IMG/VR virus record: IMGVR_UViG_3300032213_001070
Span: 1-64,000 of that record
Length of the DNA stretch: 64,000 nt
Strand: one strand, 5' to 3'
DNA from: a virus
In this document: positions 38,507 through 49,720 of the stretch, in pieces
Position numbering within the stretch: position 1 is the first letter of the stretch
How the letters are laid out: every line of letters begins with the position of its first letter
Notes under the pieces: model-generated
What the model was told of the DNA's origin: nothing
Databases searched by the model: none
The model's input: the letters and a program-made list of their open reading frames with translations, nothing else
Program-made: the position numbers and the translations under genes

Positions 38507-41500
38507 ATGATTACTTGTCCAATTACCCGGCAGCCTCTTGAAGATTTTTACAAGTATGTATACCGTGCTATTAATGATAAATTAAAAGACAATAAGACAT
38601 TTGATGTAAATCAATTTATGGAAGATTTATTTAAAAAGTCTTCTGAAAAGTCTGATCCTGAAACTGCAGCTAAGTGGTTACAGAGTACCCCAAGAGTAAT
38701 TAATCTAATTGTTACTAAATCATTCAGTGATAAGATTCCTTTAGTTAAAGGTCTAGATGGCATCTATGGTTTAATGACTGACTTTTCTAAACCAGACGGA
38801 GAAGGTCTTAAGAATGTACTAGCTAAGTATGTAAAGAAACAAGATGTAAAAGATCTTAAACCTGTGATAGCTCATCAGTTATCATTAGAGTTTAGTACTG
38901 AAGAAGATGAGCCGGAGGGAGAAGATATACCAAAGAATTCACCTTCAGTTACTGCAAGACTTAAATCTACAATTCCATTTTCCGGAACCTTACCATCATT
39001 TACACCAGTAGATCCAAAGCAAAAGTCAGATACTTATATAGAGAAACTAGATAAACCAAGAGCACAGATATTAACCAATCTAACCAGGTTAGCAAATGCT
39101 TTTAATTCTACTGATCCTTTTTCTGATTTTGTTTATCAAAATAAAAAGATCAGAATAAAAGCTGTTAACCTATATGCATTCTCACAACAGAACTTTAATG
39201 ATCTAGATCCTACTACTCAGGAAGAGATAAGGCTATCTGGAGTTATGGTGGCTATAGGTAATGCACAAGCCAATGTTACTCAAGCTGACAAAAGAGTATT
39301 ATTAGTTGTTACAGATGATAGTGGTCAGAATCTTTACTTTGATGAAGAGGGTAATATAACCAACAAAGGCAATGGGAAACTATTGTATCAGTTTATGCGG
39401 GATGTTAGAAACACAGCAAAAGGATATGTGGTTACTGATATCTATGGTAATGAAGAACAATTGATGCCTATTTCAGAGTATGTGGCAAAAAACTATAACT
39501 CTGAGATTGATGGAGATCTTAATACCTTTACTGAGAAGGTTAAAGACCAACGGGAGAAAGAACTTAAGAGACTGTTTGAATTACGGGAAAAAGCATTGGG
39601 GTCAGAAGTTATGTTAGAGTTTGAGGGCCTAACGGAGGGAGTATCATCTGAAGTTACTGCAACAAGGTTACCTCTATCTGATTTCTTAAAAATACCAGGT
39701 TCTACTAAAGCTAACTTGAAGACAATTAGAACTCTTAAAAAAGCAGAGGGTAAGTTTTTTAAAGGTTATGCTGTAATAAATCTAAATGGAACAGAGTTTC
39801 AAGTTAGAAGATCATCTATGCCTGATTCTGTAGCTGACCAAATTGCTGCAGTTATGTTTGATCCTAACATACCTTTTGAAACTAAAAAGGATTTTTACTC
39901 ACAGTTTATTCCAGAAGATAGTGACACTAAACTGGCATATACTATGCGTAAGCATGAGATCATACCTGACATGGAGAAGAAGTCATTTAGAATTAAACTC
40001 TATGATCAAGTAGGAGAGAAAGAAGGGTTCATGACAAAGCCTACTCATGATTTTAAAATTTCTGAAGCTTCATTGAAAAAAGCTAGTGAAGAGTCATTAG
40101 CAAATGGTAGAAAACTACTTAGTGATATATTTAAAACTGGTAGATCAAACGGTAAAGCTACATACATGTCATACAAATCTGATCTACTAAATAGTGAAGA
40201 TTACCTTGTATATGATACTCAGACAAAACAGATTGATGTTGCAAACTATATTAATTTCTTATCAGGACTAGATGGTTATGTAATGTTGGTTGATGGAGAC
40301 CCAGGGTTTTATAATAAAACATTACTCTTTAATGAACCTACAGAACTTTCTAAAGATTTAAAAGAACAACCAGAAGAAGAAGAAGACTGGTTTGATCAGC
40401 AAATAAGAGAAGCTAGAGAATTTGCTGAAAAGCAAAAAGCATTAGAAAATGCAAGCAAGACTCCTGTAGAGATAGAGTTTGACTTTATTATTGATAGAGC
40501 ATTATCTCCAGAATACAAAGCTCAACTGGAGCAGCAAGGTGTAAAAGCAAAAAGTAATAATTACTATTATGCAGCTAGTCTCATCCAATCTATAAATACA
40601 GACAGAAGATATAGTAGAGAAGTAGCAGAACAACTCCGAGACATGCTCTCAGGTTATATTGGAGCTTTATCTGATGCACAGATAAAAACAATTAACTCAG
40701 CAATAAATGCTGCATTTCCGCAACTTAGTACACCTGTACAAAATGCAGTTGATATAATACAGAAAACTATTGAGCCGGAGATGCCGGATCCAACTACTGG
40801 TATTATAGAACCAGGTAGCAATCTTACACAAGATGAGCAAGATACACTTGATGAATTTGGTTTATTCCGTGCAGGTTATATTGCTGATGAAATTGGAGCT
40901 AAGGATTTAAAGAATGTACTTAACTGGTGGAACAAAACTAAGATAGGCAAAGAACTACAAAAGCATATTAAACTAGAGCATGCTTATAATCTAGCTAACT
41001 CAGATGTATTTGCAAAGTTTGTAGTTAGTGGTGCCACTCTTACCAATCCGGATATTAAAGCACAGATCCAGATTAATCCAAACAAAGGTACCTTGGTAGA
41101 TATCTATCATGAGGCTTTCCATGCATTCACACAGTTATATCTTACCCGTCAAGAGAAATACAATCTTTATGATGAGGTAAAAAACTATACAGATGCTAAT
41201 GGTAAAGAGCCATATAAAAACTTTTCATATAAGGATATAGATGAACTTCTTGCTGAAGACTTCAGAACCTATATGAAAACTAATTATATCAAGAAAGGTT
41301 CTCCTGTAAGAAATAGATTGTTTAGAAAGATCTTAAACTTTATCCGGGCTTTATTTGGTAAAAAACCAATCAATCCTACTGAAGTTGTTACAGAAACTAT
41401 GAATGTTCCAGCTGTTAGAGAGTTGTTTGAAAACTTAAATTACTCTTCAAACAAAAAATCATTTGTAAGAAAATATCAGGCTAACATAAGTAATGTAGAT

Positions 41501-44500
41501 TGGTTTGAGCTTGACCGGGGTATCAGCAAACTAAATAGACCAACAGATACGGCATTAAGCACACAAGACTCTCAGCTTATATCTGACTCAATGGATATGA
41601 TTATCTCAGATATAGTTGATGATTATTACAAAGCTAGATTAAAGACAGGTAAAGTTACAAAGTCTGGTACTATTGGATTATTGCTTGATCCTGAAAAAAG
41701 ACATGGTACTTATAAGATTATAGAAAAAAGATTACAGAAAAAACTTGATGAGTTTAAAACTAAATTACATTCTCAACCTGGTATAGCTCCATTTAGTGAG
41801 ATAAAGAATTTAGAAGATATCCAAGAGAATGCTGTAGCTGTTTTAAAATCTGCTAAAGGTGAGGATAAATATGTATTCCTTAAGTCACAGATTGATGGTT
41901 TTGATAATCTTAATCCTGAAATCAAAAAAGGTACAAGGATTAAAGGTGAATCTTGGCGCGGTATAAAAATAGTAGGTGACTTCTATTCACATAAATCTAT
42001 TAAAAAAGATAAAACACCTGTAAGTATTCTTGTTGTATCTAGTTTAGAAGATGCAAGACAACAGTTTGAAAATTATGTAGCAGGTGGTGCTAAAGAATAT
42101 ACTGACTTTGAAGAGAAAGATGTTCCTGATTACATGCTATCTGCAGAACAAGAGTTACTGTTAGATAATGTAAGAATACTACAAGCTGCATTAGATAACT
42201 ATGGTGACCCAGAATGGGAACTAAAAGGTATCCCACCTACTGGTACAATTGCATTCCACTTACAAAATTCTGACTTTGAACTTTCTAAAACTAAATATGA
42301 GTTAGATAAGAGCTTGCTAAATGAAGAAAATGAAGAAGAAGATGACCAAGAAAAAGATCAGTCACGTGATTCTGAAACTCCATTTGGTGGTGAAGCATCT
42401 AACAAAAAGTCTTTACTGCAACTTGCATCTAAAGAAGTTATATACATACTTAAGAGTCTTAGTAAAGTTAATAGAGAGGGAGAAGTGTCTTATAACAGAC
42501 TTGGGTTCAAAGAGCGCGCAGACTTTAGAAAAGTTTGGAATATAGTTACTAAAACTATTGGAGGTTTAAGAGATAGAGTTGATGCATATGATAAGTTAAT
42601 GGAAGAAGCTAAGAACTTCTCAGAGATAGCACAACTTATTGAAACTAAACTTCCGGATCCAAAAGCTATTTCAAGTATATTTGAGCAAGGTGTTAGTAAT
42701 TCATTCTGGCAAACATTTGCAAAACCATCTGTAAAGTATTGGCAGTTTACTGTATTTCCTCAGTATGAGTCAGTAACAAATGAACTAACAGGTGAATCAG
42801 AAAATATTATTACTAGTTATGAATCTGAGGTAACTCAATCATCAATAGAAGTAGACAGTACTGTTAGAAAGTTTGAAGCTTTGTTTAAAAGCAGTCTTGC
42901 TAATGATTACATAGAAAAGAATTCTGCTAATCAATCACAGTTGAAACTAGCCAATCTAGTTAAGGGCTTTGAAGATAAATCTAATCCGGGACAACTAGAT
43001 AAGAATAGATCATTTGAATTTGCAGCAGCATTAGGTATAAAGTTAGATGATTTACCAGTAATTAGAAAGAGTCTTGAGACTAAGTCTGATTATTATGGCC
43101 TACCTTATATATATGATATTGCCAAAGATTTTTTAGCTATACAGTCTGCAGAGAAAAAGATAGGACAGCAAGAAGAGTTCTTAAATAAGTTTATTAGTAA
43201 TCCTATTGGAACCCTCCGTGGGGAAATACCAAAAGGAGTATTAAAAACATTTAAGAAAGAAGTAACAGAGAAGAACATCTTAAAGAGACTAGCAGAACTG
43301 CAGTCTCAGTATGGATATGATTCTGCTAATCCAGGAGTATTGCTTCCTGATGGAAACAGAGTATTTGAGAATGTAAATCATAGTGAGGTAACTGTAACTG
43401 TTGATGCACTTAACAGAGTTACTAAATTAAGTGACTTATGGGAATCAGATGAATTCGGTTATATGGATCATTTAAAACCTGGTAAATCATTCTTTACTCT
43501 AAGATCAAAAGTCTTTGGGGCCCTGTTTGATATGTCTAAAAATACATCTGAAGAAAATTTATTTGATAAGAAGAGCAACAGATCCTTAGAACTTATTCAG
43601 ACAGCAGGTACACAAATAGCTGATGTTGAAGGTGTTAACACATCTGACTTAGATAAAGCTGGTAAGTTTATGCAGGAGTTTCATACTTTCTTATTAAATG
43701 GTGTAGCTGAGTTTATCCGACATGCTGAGAAAAAATCTGCATTTGGTATAAGACAAGTAGGTGGAAAACAGAAAGTGATTGTTAACGGTATTACAAATGG
43801 TGTTGATCAAAGCTTGTACATTGATATGAACAAGTTTATAAAACCAGGAGAAACACAACTAAGTCCAGGTGAGATAGTTGCTGTTGGTGGGTACTTCTTA
43901 GATTATATTGCTGTTGAGTTTGATAGAATCAGATACTTTAAACAAAACCCTAATGTTCTTGAAACTATAAAAGGTTATAACAGAGAGATCAAAGATGAAC
44001 AAGGAAATGTTATTGCCCGTGCTGGTGAATTGTTTACTGTGTTTGATAACATCTTAAGAGATAAGACCAAGAAAGACTTATACAAGCTTACTTCAGATCC
44101 GGCATTAGATTTACCTACATATGTAAGAAACAATCAAGAGTTATTCCTTAAAATACAAACAGATATTACTGATTACTTTAATGAGAAACTTGAGTCTCTT
44201 ACTAAAGAGTATGTAGATAACTTAAATTTCATGGATGAGAAACTCTATGAAAAAGCAGGCATTTTAGAAAAAGATAGAAAAGGTGGATTAGCTACAGAAC
44301 CGTTAGTTAAAGCATATCTTTATAACAGCTGGATTCATAAGTTTGAGATGTTTAATATCTTTAATGGTGATGCATCTCAATTTAATCATGATAAACAAGA
44401 GGTACAGAAAAGAGCTCCGGGATCTACATCAGATGGTGATGCATTCTTGAATGATAAGTACATGCATAAGTTTATTAATAGTGTACTAAATAATAAAACA

Positions 44501-47500
44501 TATGCTAAAGCTTTAGCTAAAGAACTTGGCAGAGATGACCTAGATAAATTTGTTTCTAATGGTAAGTTAAACACTGGAGTAATTGCGGATGCTGAAAGAA
44601 AATCTGTATATCTAGATGAAATGCTTGGAGCATGGGAGGAAAAATACCGTAAGGATTTAACTCCTATAATCAAAAATAAAACAGAATTAGAAAAAGCAAT
44701 TAGTAAAAAGCTAGCTAAAGATGCTAAGGCTTATAAAGAAATGAAAGAGTCTGATGGTGCTGCATTTGTTACATTTGATGCATACCGTATTCTTAAGATT
44801 CAAGGTAACAGCTGGGCTCCTGCACAAGAGGAGTTATACCAAAAGATTATTGCTGGTGAAGAAGTAGACCCTTTAAAAGTAAAAGAGTTCTTCTCTATAT
44901 ATAAATTACACTACTATGGGGCAATTGCAAATTCTCCCATAGCAGCAACAGCAATGCATAAGTTTGCGGTAGCTCCTATAATACCTAGCTTAGCAACTAA
45001 AGGAACACAGCTCTATAATTTACATGTTAAAATGTTAGAAAACAATTTACAGTATGTAACATTTGGTTCTGGTTCTAAAGTATCTACTCTTACTACTACT
45101 GGTAGCTTTGATAACATATTTGCTGATGCCAATCAAAAAGCGGTATCAATGGATGCTCCTATTAAAACTAATCAAATACACATTGAGTATCTTAAAGATG
45201 TGACTAAAGTAGCTACTAAACTTAAGAAAGAAATTAGCTACCCAACACAAAAAAGGGTATTGTTGTTAGATGGTTTATTTAATGTAGGTGAAGCAATCAA
45301 TAAAACAAGTGGAGAAATAGCTTCTAATTATAAAGCAGCAGTAGATAACTACACTGAAGTATTAACTCTTGACTTATTAAATAAAATAGGTTATGAGTTT
45401 GATAAAAATACAGGAAGCTATGTTGGTAAACTTGATAAGTTTATTGAACTTATTAGAGATGAATTAGGAGCCAAAGAAGTTCCTGATCATTTAATTAAAC
45501 TACTAGACACAACATTAGCAGGTAATCTGACAATGGATTTTTCTATTCACCCAGAGGCTGATACACTGGAAAAGGTTATTGTTAACCGTATTCAGAAGAG
45601 TGTGATTACTCAGAAGACTAAAGGTGAATCAATGGTTCAGGCACCATCTACATTCTATAATGGAGTATGGGATACTGCATTTGAAAGAGATGAAGCTATC
45701 AAAAAGAATGATGAGTTAATTAAAAAATTCTTAGGTTCAAATGTTTTACCTTTCTATAGAACAGGGTTTGATGAAAAGGGTAACAGAATAGCTACTCAAG
45801 CTATGAAGGTTGCTATTCCATTCAATGGTGACTTTTTAAATTTATTAAATTTAAAGCACCCGGATGGAGAACCAATTGGAAACAGAGACCGCCTAAATGA
45901 TTTAATTAAGAATGATGCTTGGTTAAATGAAAACAAAGACTTAATTACTATTGCTGGTCCAAGGATCCCGACTGATGCTGCCAACACAATGGAATTTGCT
46001 GAAGTATGGCACTTTATTGACCCTGCTCAAGGTAATACAGTAATTGTACCAACAGAGATAGTTGCAAAAGCTGGATCTGACTTTGACGTTGATAAGATAT
46101 ATTTCATGATGCCTAATATCAATTCAAAAGGAGAATTAGTAAAGGCACCTGCTGAAAGTATGGAAGATCTTAAAGCTTTGGTAGATAAATCTAATAAAGC
46201 AAGTAAGAAAGAAAGAAAAGAAAAAGGATTGATGAATCCTCAAGCTTTAATAGATCAGTATAAGAAAGCAGCTCAAAATAAACTTATTGAAAGTACAAAG
46301 GCAATCCTTTCATTACCAGACAATTATGCTAGCTTAACTAAACCAAATAATACATACTTGGTAGAAGATGAGGTAGAGTTCTATGACACATATGCTAGAG
46401 GTTATAACAATAAGTTAAATGCCCATCAAGAAGGTGTAAGAATGAATGGTAAAGATGAAGTTATGAGCCCATCAAGAATATTTGATGAGGACTATAACTT
46501 AAGTGTCCATGAGTCTAACTTATCGGGAAGCTTACCATTAGGTATAATGGCTAAGAAAAATAAAGTACATAGTTTGTTTAAGAGTATAGGTGCTCTTATG
46601 CCTAAGTCATACAGAGCTACTGTATGGAATGATGAAACAAAAAGATATGATGAGTTAGAGGCAGAGTATGATGTTGTTATCAATATGAAGCATAACAAAA
46701 CTAGAAATGCTAAAGGACAAGAAGTAGTTTCTCTATCTAATGAAAACAATGTAGATGGTGAAAAAATTGGTGATATATTCTCACATGGTCTTCAGGGATT
46801 ACTTGACCGAGCTAAGAATCCTTTTCCATTTAAATTGCAGATTGTAAAAGAAGCATTATCTACTATCAACCATCTTATTGAAGCTGGTGTAAGTGTACCA
46901 GAAACATTTGCATTTGTTAATAACCCATGGATTGTTAAGTATATTGAATACCAAATGCGTTTTGGTGGTTCAACATCTAAGTTCATGTCTATACCAATTC
47001 TTAAACATCAGGTTAAGGCTGCAGCAATGAAGCAAACTATTGATGATATGATTTCAGCCGGTGGTACTAGTATGAAAAAGTTTATAAGTGAGCTAGTTAA
47101 TATTGCAAATCAAAAAAGATTAGCTGACACAGTTACAATGCTAAAAAAACAAGAGAAGTCAAAGAAATATAATTACATGCTAGAAGGTATTGATGTACCA
47201 TTTACAGCAACTGTAGAAGATATGGTTTTCAAAAAAGGCTTCCAGTTAAATAAGATTGCGCTTTTAAAAGAAGTTGATCCTACTAAAGGGTTTGATAAAC
47301 AGAAGGTAGTATTCAGTAAATCAAAAAGTATAACAAACAATGATAACTTTTACTATGCTGCACAGGCTGCATGGCAAAAAACTTTTGGAAATACTTATGC
47401 TAATGAATCAGAATTAAAATCTCTTGTAAGAGGTGGATTGTCTCCAACACCACAGAACCTAGCTATCTTGTTACATATGTTGCAATTAGAAAAGCAATTC

Positions 47501-49720
47501 AAAGGAATGGATGAGCTAGAAATGGCATTTAGTCCGGATACTGGATTACTTGATACTACATTACAAGTTAAAAAAAGAGATCAAGCTTTGAAATTATTCT
47601 CAGAAGGTTCTAAGATTGATAAAGATTTCTTAAATAGATTAAGATATGATTCCATTCTATCATCATTCTACAAGAGTGATATGATAATGGATTTAGTAAC
47701 ACCATTATTCTCATTAAGATTGAATGACCAAATATCAAACTTTATTGAGAAGAAGATTAATCTAAACAAAGATATCATAGCTCAAAAGTATGGCCCAGGA
47801 ATTAAAGGTCAAGAGAGATTTATTAACATGTACAATAATGCAGTAGTAAATTACATCTTCCAAAACACTATGTCTAATTATCCTGATGAGTCTGGACAAC
47901 CAGTTCTTATTCCAGATACAATACATACCTTTCCTGTTACTCAAGTAGAAAAAGGTCCTGCGGTTATATTAAATGAAAAAGGCTTTAGAGTAAATTTTAA
48001 AAAAGCTCAGGAAGATTATAAAAACAAAATCTTCTTAACTACTAACAATACAGATGAGAGCTATGCTAAAACTGGTCAGGATGCATTTACTCCACGGGAG
48101 AATCCTTTCCCAACATTCTCAAGCTACTTAAAGTTCATTACAGAAAAAGAATATTTAAGCAGTATATACCCTGATCAGACTGATGTCTTTTTAACTCAGA
48201 CAGCACTTATGAATAACTTTAACCGTGCTTTTATTATGGGTACAACAAAGTATTCATATACTAATATGGTTATGGATATCATTAGTGAGTTTGAAGATCA
48301 AAACATAAAAGAAAACTATCCGGTATTAGCTCAGCTAGCACCAGCTAAGTTTGTTAAAGATGTAAATGTTATTGAGTTAAATGATAAGGCAACAGCCAAA
48401 GGAGTTATTGCAGAAGATTATTATAAGAATCTAAAACAATTAGCGGATCCAACAGTAAGAAAAGTTACCTATACAGATAAGACTAAACAAAAACAAGATA
48501 ACCAAAGAATAACTGATGTATTCAAGGACTTCTCACTGCTTATGTTTTATCAACATGGTACAGGATATTCTAGATTAGGTTTTGGAAAAGTATTAGATCC
48601 AGAATCTTTTGTAAAAAAAATGCAGTATGCTTCTAATGCTTTCTTGAATAACAATCTATCAGAAGAAACATTTGAAAGAATCTATAACAGATTCATTACT
48701 AAGTCACAGTTTAAAGATTATACTATTGACCCAAGTAATCCAGATGCTTTTGAATCTTCAGAAGATATACTAAGTGAATTCTCTGAAGAAGACTTGATAG
48801 AAATGGGATTACTACAACCAGGACAAAAACCTACTCAACCATCTACTAGTATTAAACCTTCTGATTTTACTAATCATTCTGGTGGTGCATATGGAGGGGA
48901 TACTTTCTGGGATATTATTGGTAGAGAATTTGGAGTTACTAATCATAAACACTATAAAGATGCGGGTAATCCTAATTTATCTCAAAAATTAAGAAATGCA
49001 GGTGTTAAAGCTACAATTCTTACTAAAGAACAGATGGATACTGCAAGAATTGAGGTGGAAAAATTACTTGGAGAAAAATATCCTGATACTTTACAAGGAA
49101 ACTTACAAGTAAGAAATTATTATCAAGTAGCTAATGCAGATGCTGTATTTGCTGTTGCTGAAATAGATTCTGGTACAAAGCCTGGAGTTTTTGGTGGAAC
49201 AAATACTGCTGTTCAATTAGGTATAAAACTAGGTAAACCTGTATATGTATTTGATTTAGATACCAAGAAATGGTATACACAAGATACAGAGTATCTTGAA
49301 ACTGGTTATGATAAAACTAAACATGAATGGAATTACAATGGTTGGATAGAAATACCTACACCTACTCTTACTAAAAACTTTGCTGGTGTAGGATCAAGAG
49401 ATATTGAATCTTATAATGTACAAAAGGATGGTAAATGGGTGCCAAGAGATAAATACAAAGGTAAAGAAACTGAAGAAGCTGCTAAACAAGCTATTAGAGA
49501 TGTATATACTAATACATTTGCAACTCCTACCACTCAACCTACAGCTATTCAGACTGCTGCAGCAACACCGTTAGATAAAATAAATGAATTTTATAACAGT
49601 CTTACTCAGGAACAAAAAGATAAATTAGGTAACTTAGATGACTTGATTGCTGAGTATAATGATGTTCCGTTTGACTATCCGGTAGAAGATTATATTGAAA
49701 GTATTAAATGTAAGTTATAA
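38507..49720 (+). CDS. Virion DNA-dependent RNA polymerase polyprotein (crAss-type) with zincin and SLOG-like domains
   Basis: 3737 aa; catalytic GSDFDVDK (DFDVD at 46079-46093), PRIP, ESDG; HEAFH...ELLAEDF zincin motif at 41108; C-terminal SGGA.G.D...GGT..AV...AG.GSR domain. Confidence 0.85.
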   Translation: MITCPITRQPLEDFYKYVYRAINDKLKDNKTFDVNQFMEDLFKKSSEKSDPETAAKWLQSTPRVINLIVTKSFSDKIPLVKGLDGIYGLMTDFSKPDGEGLKNVLAKYVKKQDVKDLKPVIAHQLSLEFSTEEDEPEGEDIPKNSPSVTARLKSTIPFSGTLPSFTPVDPKQKSDTYIEKLDKPRAQILTNLTRLANAFNSTDPFSDFVYQNKKIRIKAVNLYAFSQQNFNDLDPTTQEEIRLSGVMVAIGNAQANVTQADKRVLLVVTDDSGQNLYFDEEGNITNKGNGKLLYQFMRDVRNTAKGYVVTDIYGNEEQLMPISEYVAKNYNSEIDGDLNTFTEKVKDQREKELKRLFELREKALGSEVMLEFEGLTEGVSSEVTATRLPLSDFLKIPGSTKANLKTIRTLKKAEGKFFKGYAVINLNGTEFQVRRSSMPDSVADQIAAVMFDPNIPFETKKDFYSQFIPEDSDTKLAYTMRKHEIIPDMEKKSFRIKLYDQVGEKEGFMTKPTHDFKISEASLKKASEESLANGRKLLSDIFKTGRSNGKATYMSYKSDLLNSEDYLVYDTQTKQIDVANYINFLSGLDGYVMLVDGDPGFYNKTLLFNEPTELSKDLKEQPEEEEDWFDQQIREAREFAEKQKALENASKTPVEIEFDFIIDRALSPEYKAQLEQQGVKAKSNNYYYAASLIQSINTDRRYSREVAEQLRDMLSGYIGALSDAQIKTINSAINAAFPQLSTPVQNAVDIIQKTIEPEMPDPTTGIIEPGSNLTQDEQDTLDEFGLFRAGYIADEIGAKDLKNVLNWWNKTKIGKELQKHIKLEHAYNLANSDVFAKFVVSGATLTNPDIKAQIQINPNKGTLVDIYHEAFHAFTQLYLTRQEKYNLYDEVKNYTDANGKEPYKNFSYKDIDELLAEDFRTYMKTNYIKKGSPVRNRLFRKILNFIRALFGKKPINPTEVVTETMNVPAVRELFENLNYSSNKKSFVRKYQANISNVDWFELDRGISKLNRPTDTALSTQDSQLISDSMDMIISDIVDDYYKARLKTGKVTKSGTIGLLLDPEKRHGTYKIIEKRLQKKLDEFKTKLHSQPGIAPFSEIKNLEDIQENAVAVLKSAKGEDKYVFLKSQIDGFDNLNPEIKKGTRIKGESWRGIKIVGDFYSHKSIKKDKTPVSILVVSSLEDARQQFENYVAGGAKEYTDFEEKDVPDYMLSAEQELLLDNVRILQAALDNYGDPEWELKGIPPTGTIAFHLQNSDFELSKTKYELDKSLLNEENEEEDDQEKDQSRDSETPFGGEASNKKSLLQLASKEVIYILKSLSKVNREGEVSYNRLGFKERADFRKVWNIVTKTIGGLRDRVDAYDKLMEEAKNFSEIAQLIETKLPDPKAISSIFEQGVSNSFWQTFAKPSVKYWQFTVFPQYESVTNELTGESENIITSYESEVTQSSIEVDSTVRKFEALFKSSLANDYIEKNSANQSQLKLANLVKGFEDKSNPGQLDKNRSFEFAAALGIKLDDLPVIRKSLETKSDYYGLPYIYDIAKDFLAIQSAEKKIGQQEEFLNKFISNPIGTLRGEIPKGVLKTFKKEVTEKNILKRLAELQSQYGYDSANPGVLLPDGNRVFENVNHSEVTVTVDALNRVTKLSDLWESDEFGYMDHLKPGKSFFTLRSKVFGALFDMSKNTSEENLFDKKSNRSLELIQTAGTQIADVEGVNTSDLDKAGKFMQEFHTFLLNGVAEFIRHAEKKSAFGIRQVGGKQKVIVNGITNGVDQSLYIDMNKFIKPGETQLSPGEIVAVGGYFLDYIAVEFDRIRYFKQNPNVLETIKGYNREIKDEQGNVIARAGELFTVFDNILRDKTKKDLYKLTSDPALDLPTYVRNNQELFLKIQTDITDYFNEKLESLTKEYVDNLNFMDEKLYEKAGILEKDRKGGLATEPLVKAYLYNSWIHKFEMFNIFNGDASQFNHDKQEVQKRAPGSTSDGDAFLNDKYMHKFINSVLNNKTYAKALAKELGRDDLDKFVSNGKLNTGVIADAERKSVYLDEMLGAWEEKYRKDLTPIIKNKTELEKAISKKLAKDAKAYKEMKESDGAAFVTFDAYRILKIQGNSWAPAQEELYQKIIAGEEVDPLKVKEFFSIYKLHYYGAIANSPIAATAMHKFAVAPIIPSLATKGTQLYNLHVKMLENNLQYVTFGSGSKVSTLTTTGSFDNIFADANQKAVSMDAPIKTNQIHIEYLKDVTKVATKLKKEISYPTQKRVLLLDGLFNVGEAINKTSGEIASNYKAAVDNYTEVLTLDLLNKIGYEFDKNTGSYVGKLDKFIELIRDELGAKEVPDHLIKLLDTTLAGNLTMDFSIHPEADTLEKVIVNRIQKSVITQKTKGESMVQAPSTFYNGVWDTAFERDEAIKKNDELIKKFLGSNVLPFYRTGFDEKGNRIATQAMKVAIPFNGDFLNLLNLKHPDGEPIGNRDRLNDLIKNDAWLNENKDLITIAGPRIPTDAANTMEFAEVWHFIDPAQGNTVIVPTEIVAKAGSDFDVDKIYFMMPNINSKGELVKAPAESMEDLKALVDKSNKASKKERKEKGLMNPQALIDQYKKAAQNKLIESTKAILSLPDNYASLTKPNNTYLVEDEVEFYDTYARGYNNKLNAHQEGVRMNGKDEVMSPSRIFDEDYNLSVHESNLSGSLPLGIMAKKNKVHSLFKSIGALMPKSYRATVWNDETKRYDELEAEYDVVINMKHNKTRNAKGQEVVSLSNENNVDGEKIGDIFSHGLQGLLDRAKNPFPFKLQIVKEALSTINHLIEAGVSVPETFAFVNNPWIVKYIEYQMRFGGSTSKFMSIPILKHQVKAAAMKQTIDDMISAGGTSMKKFISELVNIANQKRLADTVTMLKKQEKSKKYNYMLEGIDVPFTATVEDMVFKKGFQLNKIALLKEVDPTKGFDKQKVVFSKSKSITNNDNFYYAAQAAWQKTFGNTYANESELKSLVRGGLSPTPQNLAILLHMLQLEKQFKGMDELEMAFSPDTGLLDTTLQVKKRDQALKLFSEGSKIDKDFLNRLRYDSILSSFYKSDMIMDLVTPLFSLRLNDQISNFIEKKINLNKDIIAQKYGPGIKGQERFINMYNNAVVNYIFQNTMSNYPDESGQPVLIPDTIHTFPVTQVEKGPAVILNEKGFRVNFKKAQEDYKNKIFLTTNNTDESYAKTGQDAFTPRENPFPTFSSYLKFITEKEYLSSIYPDQTDVFLTQTALMNNFNRAFIMGTTKYSYTNMVMDIISEFEDQNIKENYPVLAQLAPAKFVKDVNVIELNDKATAKGVIAEDYYKNLKQLADPTVRKVTYTDKTKQKQDNQRITDVFKDFSLLMFYQHGTGYSRLGFGKVLDPESFVKKMQYASNAFLNNNLSEETFERIYNRFITKSQFKDYTIDPSNPDAFESSEDILSEFSEEDLIEMGLLQPGQKPTQPSTSIKPSDFTNHSGGAYGGDTFWDIIGREFGVTNHKHYKDAGNPNLSQKLRNAGVKATILTKEQMDTARIEVEKLLGEKYPDTLQGNLQVRNYYQVANADAVFAVAEIDSGTKPGVFGGTNTAVQLGIKLGKPVYVFDLDTKKWYTQDTEYLETGYDKTKHEWNYNGWIEIPTPTLTKNFAGVGSRDIESYNVQKDGKWVPRDKYKGKETEEAAKQAIRDVYTNTFATPTTQPTAIQTAAATPLDKINEFYNSLTQEQKDKLGNLDDLIAEYNDVPFDYPVEDYIESIKCKL

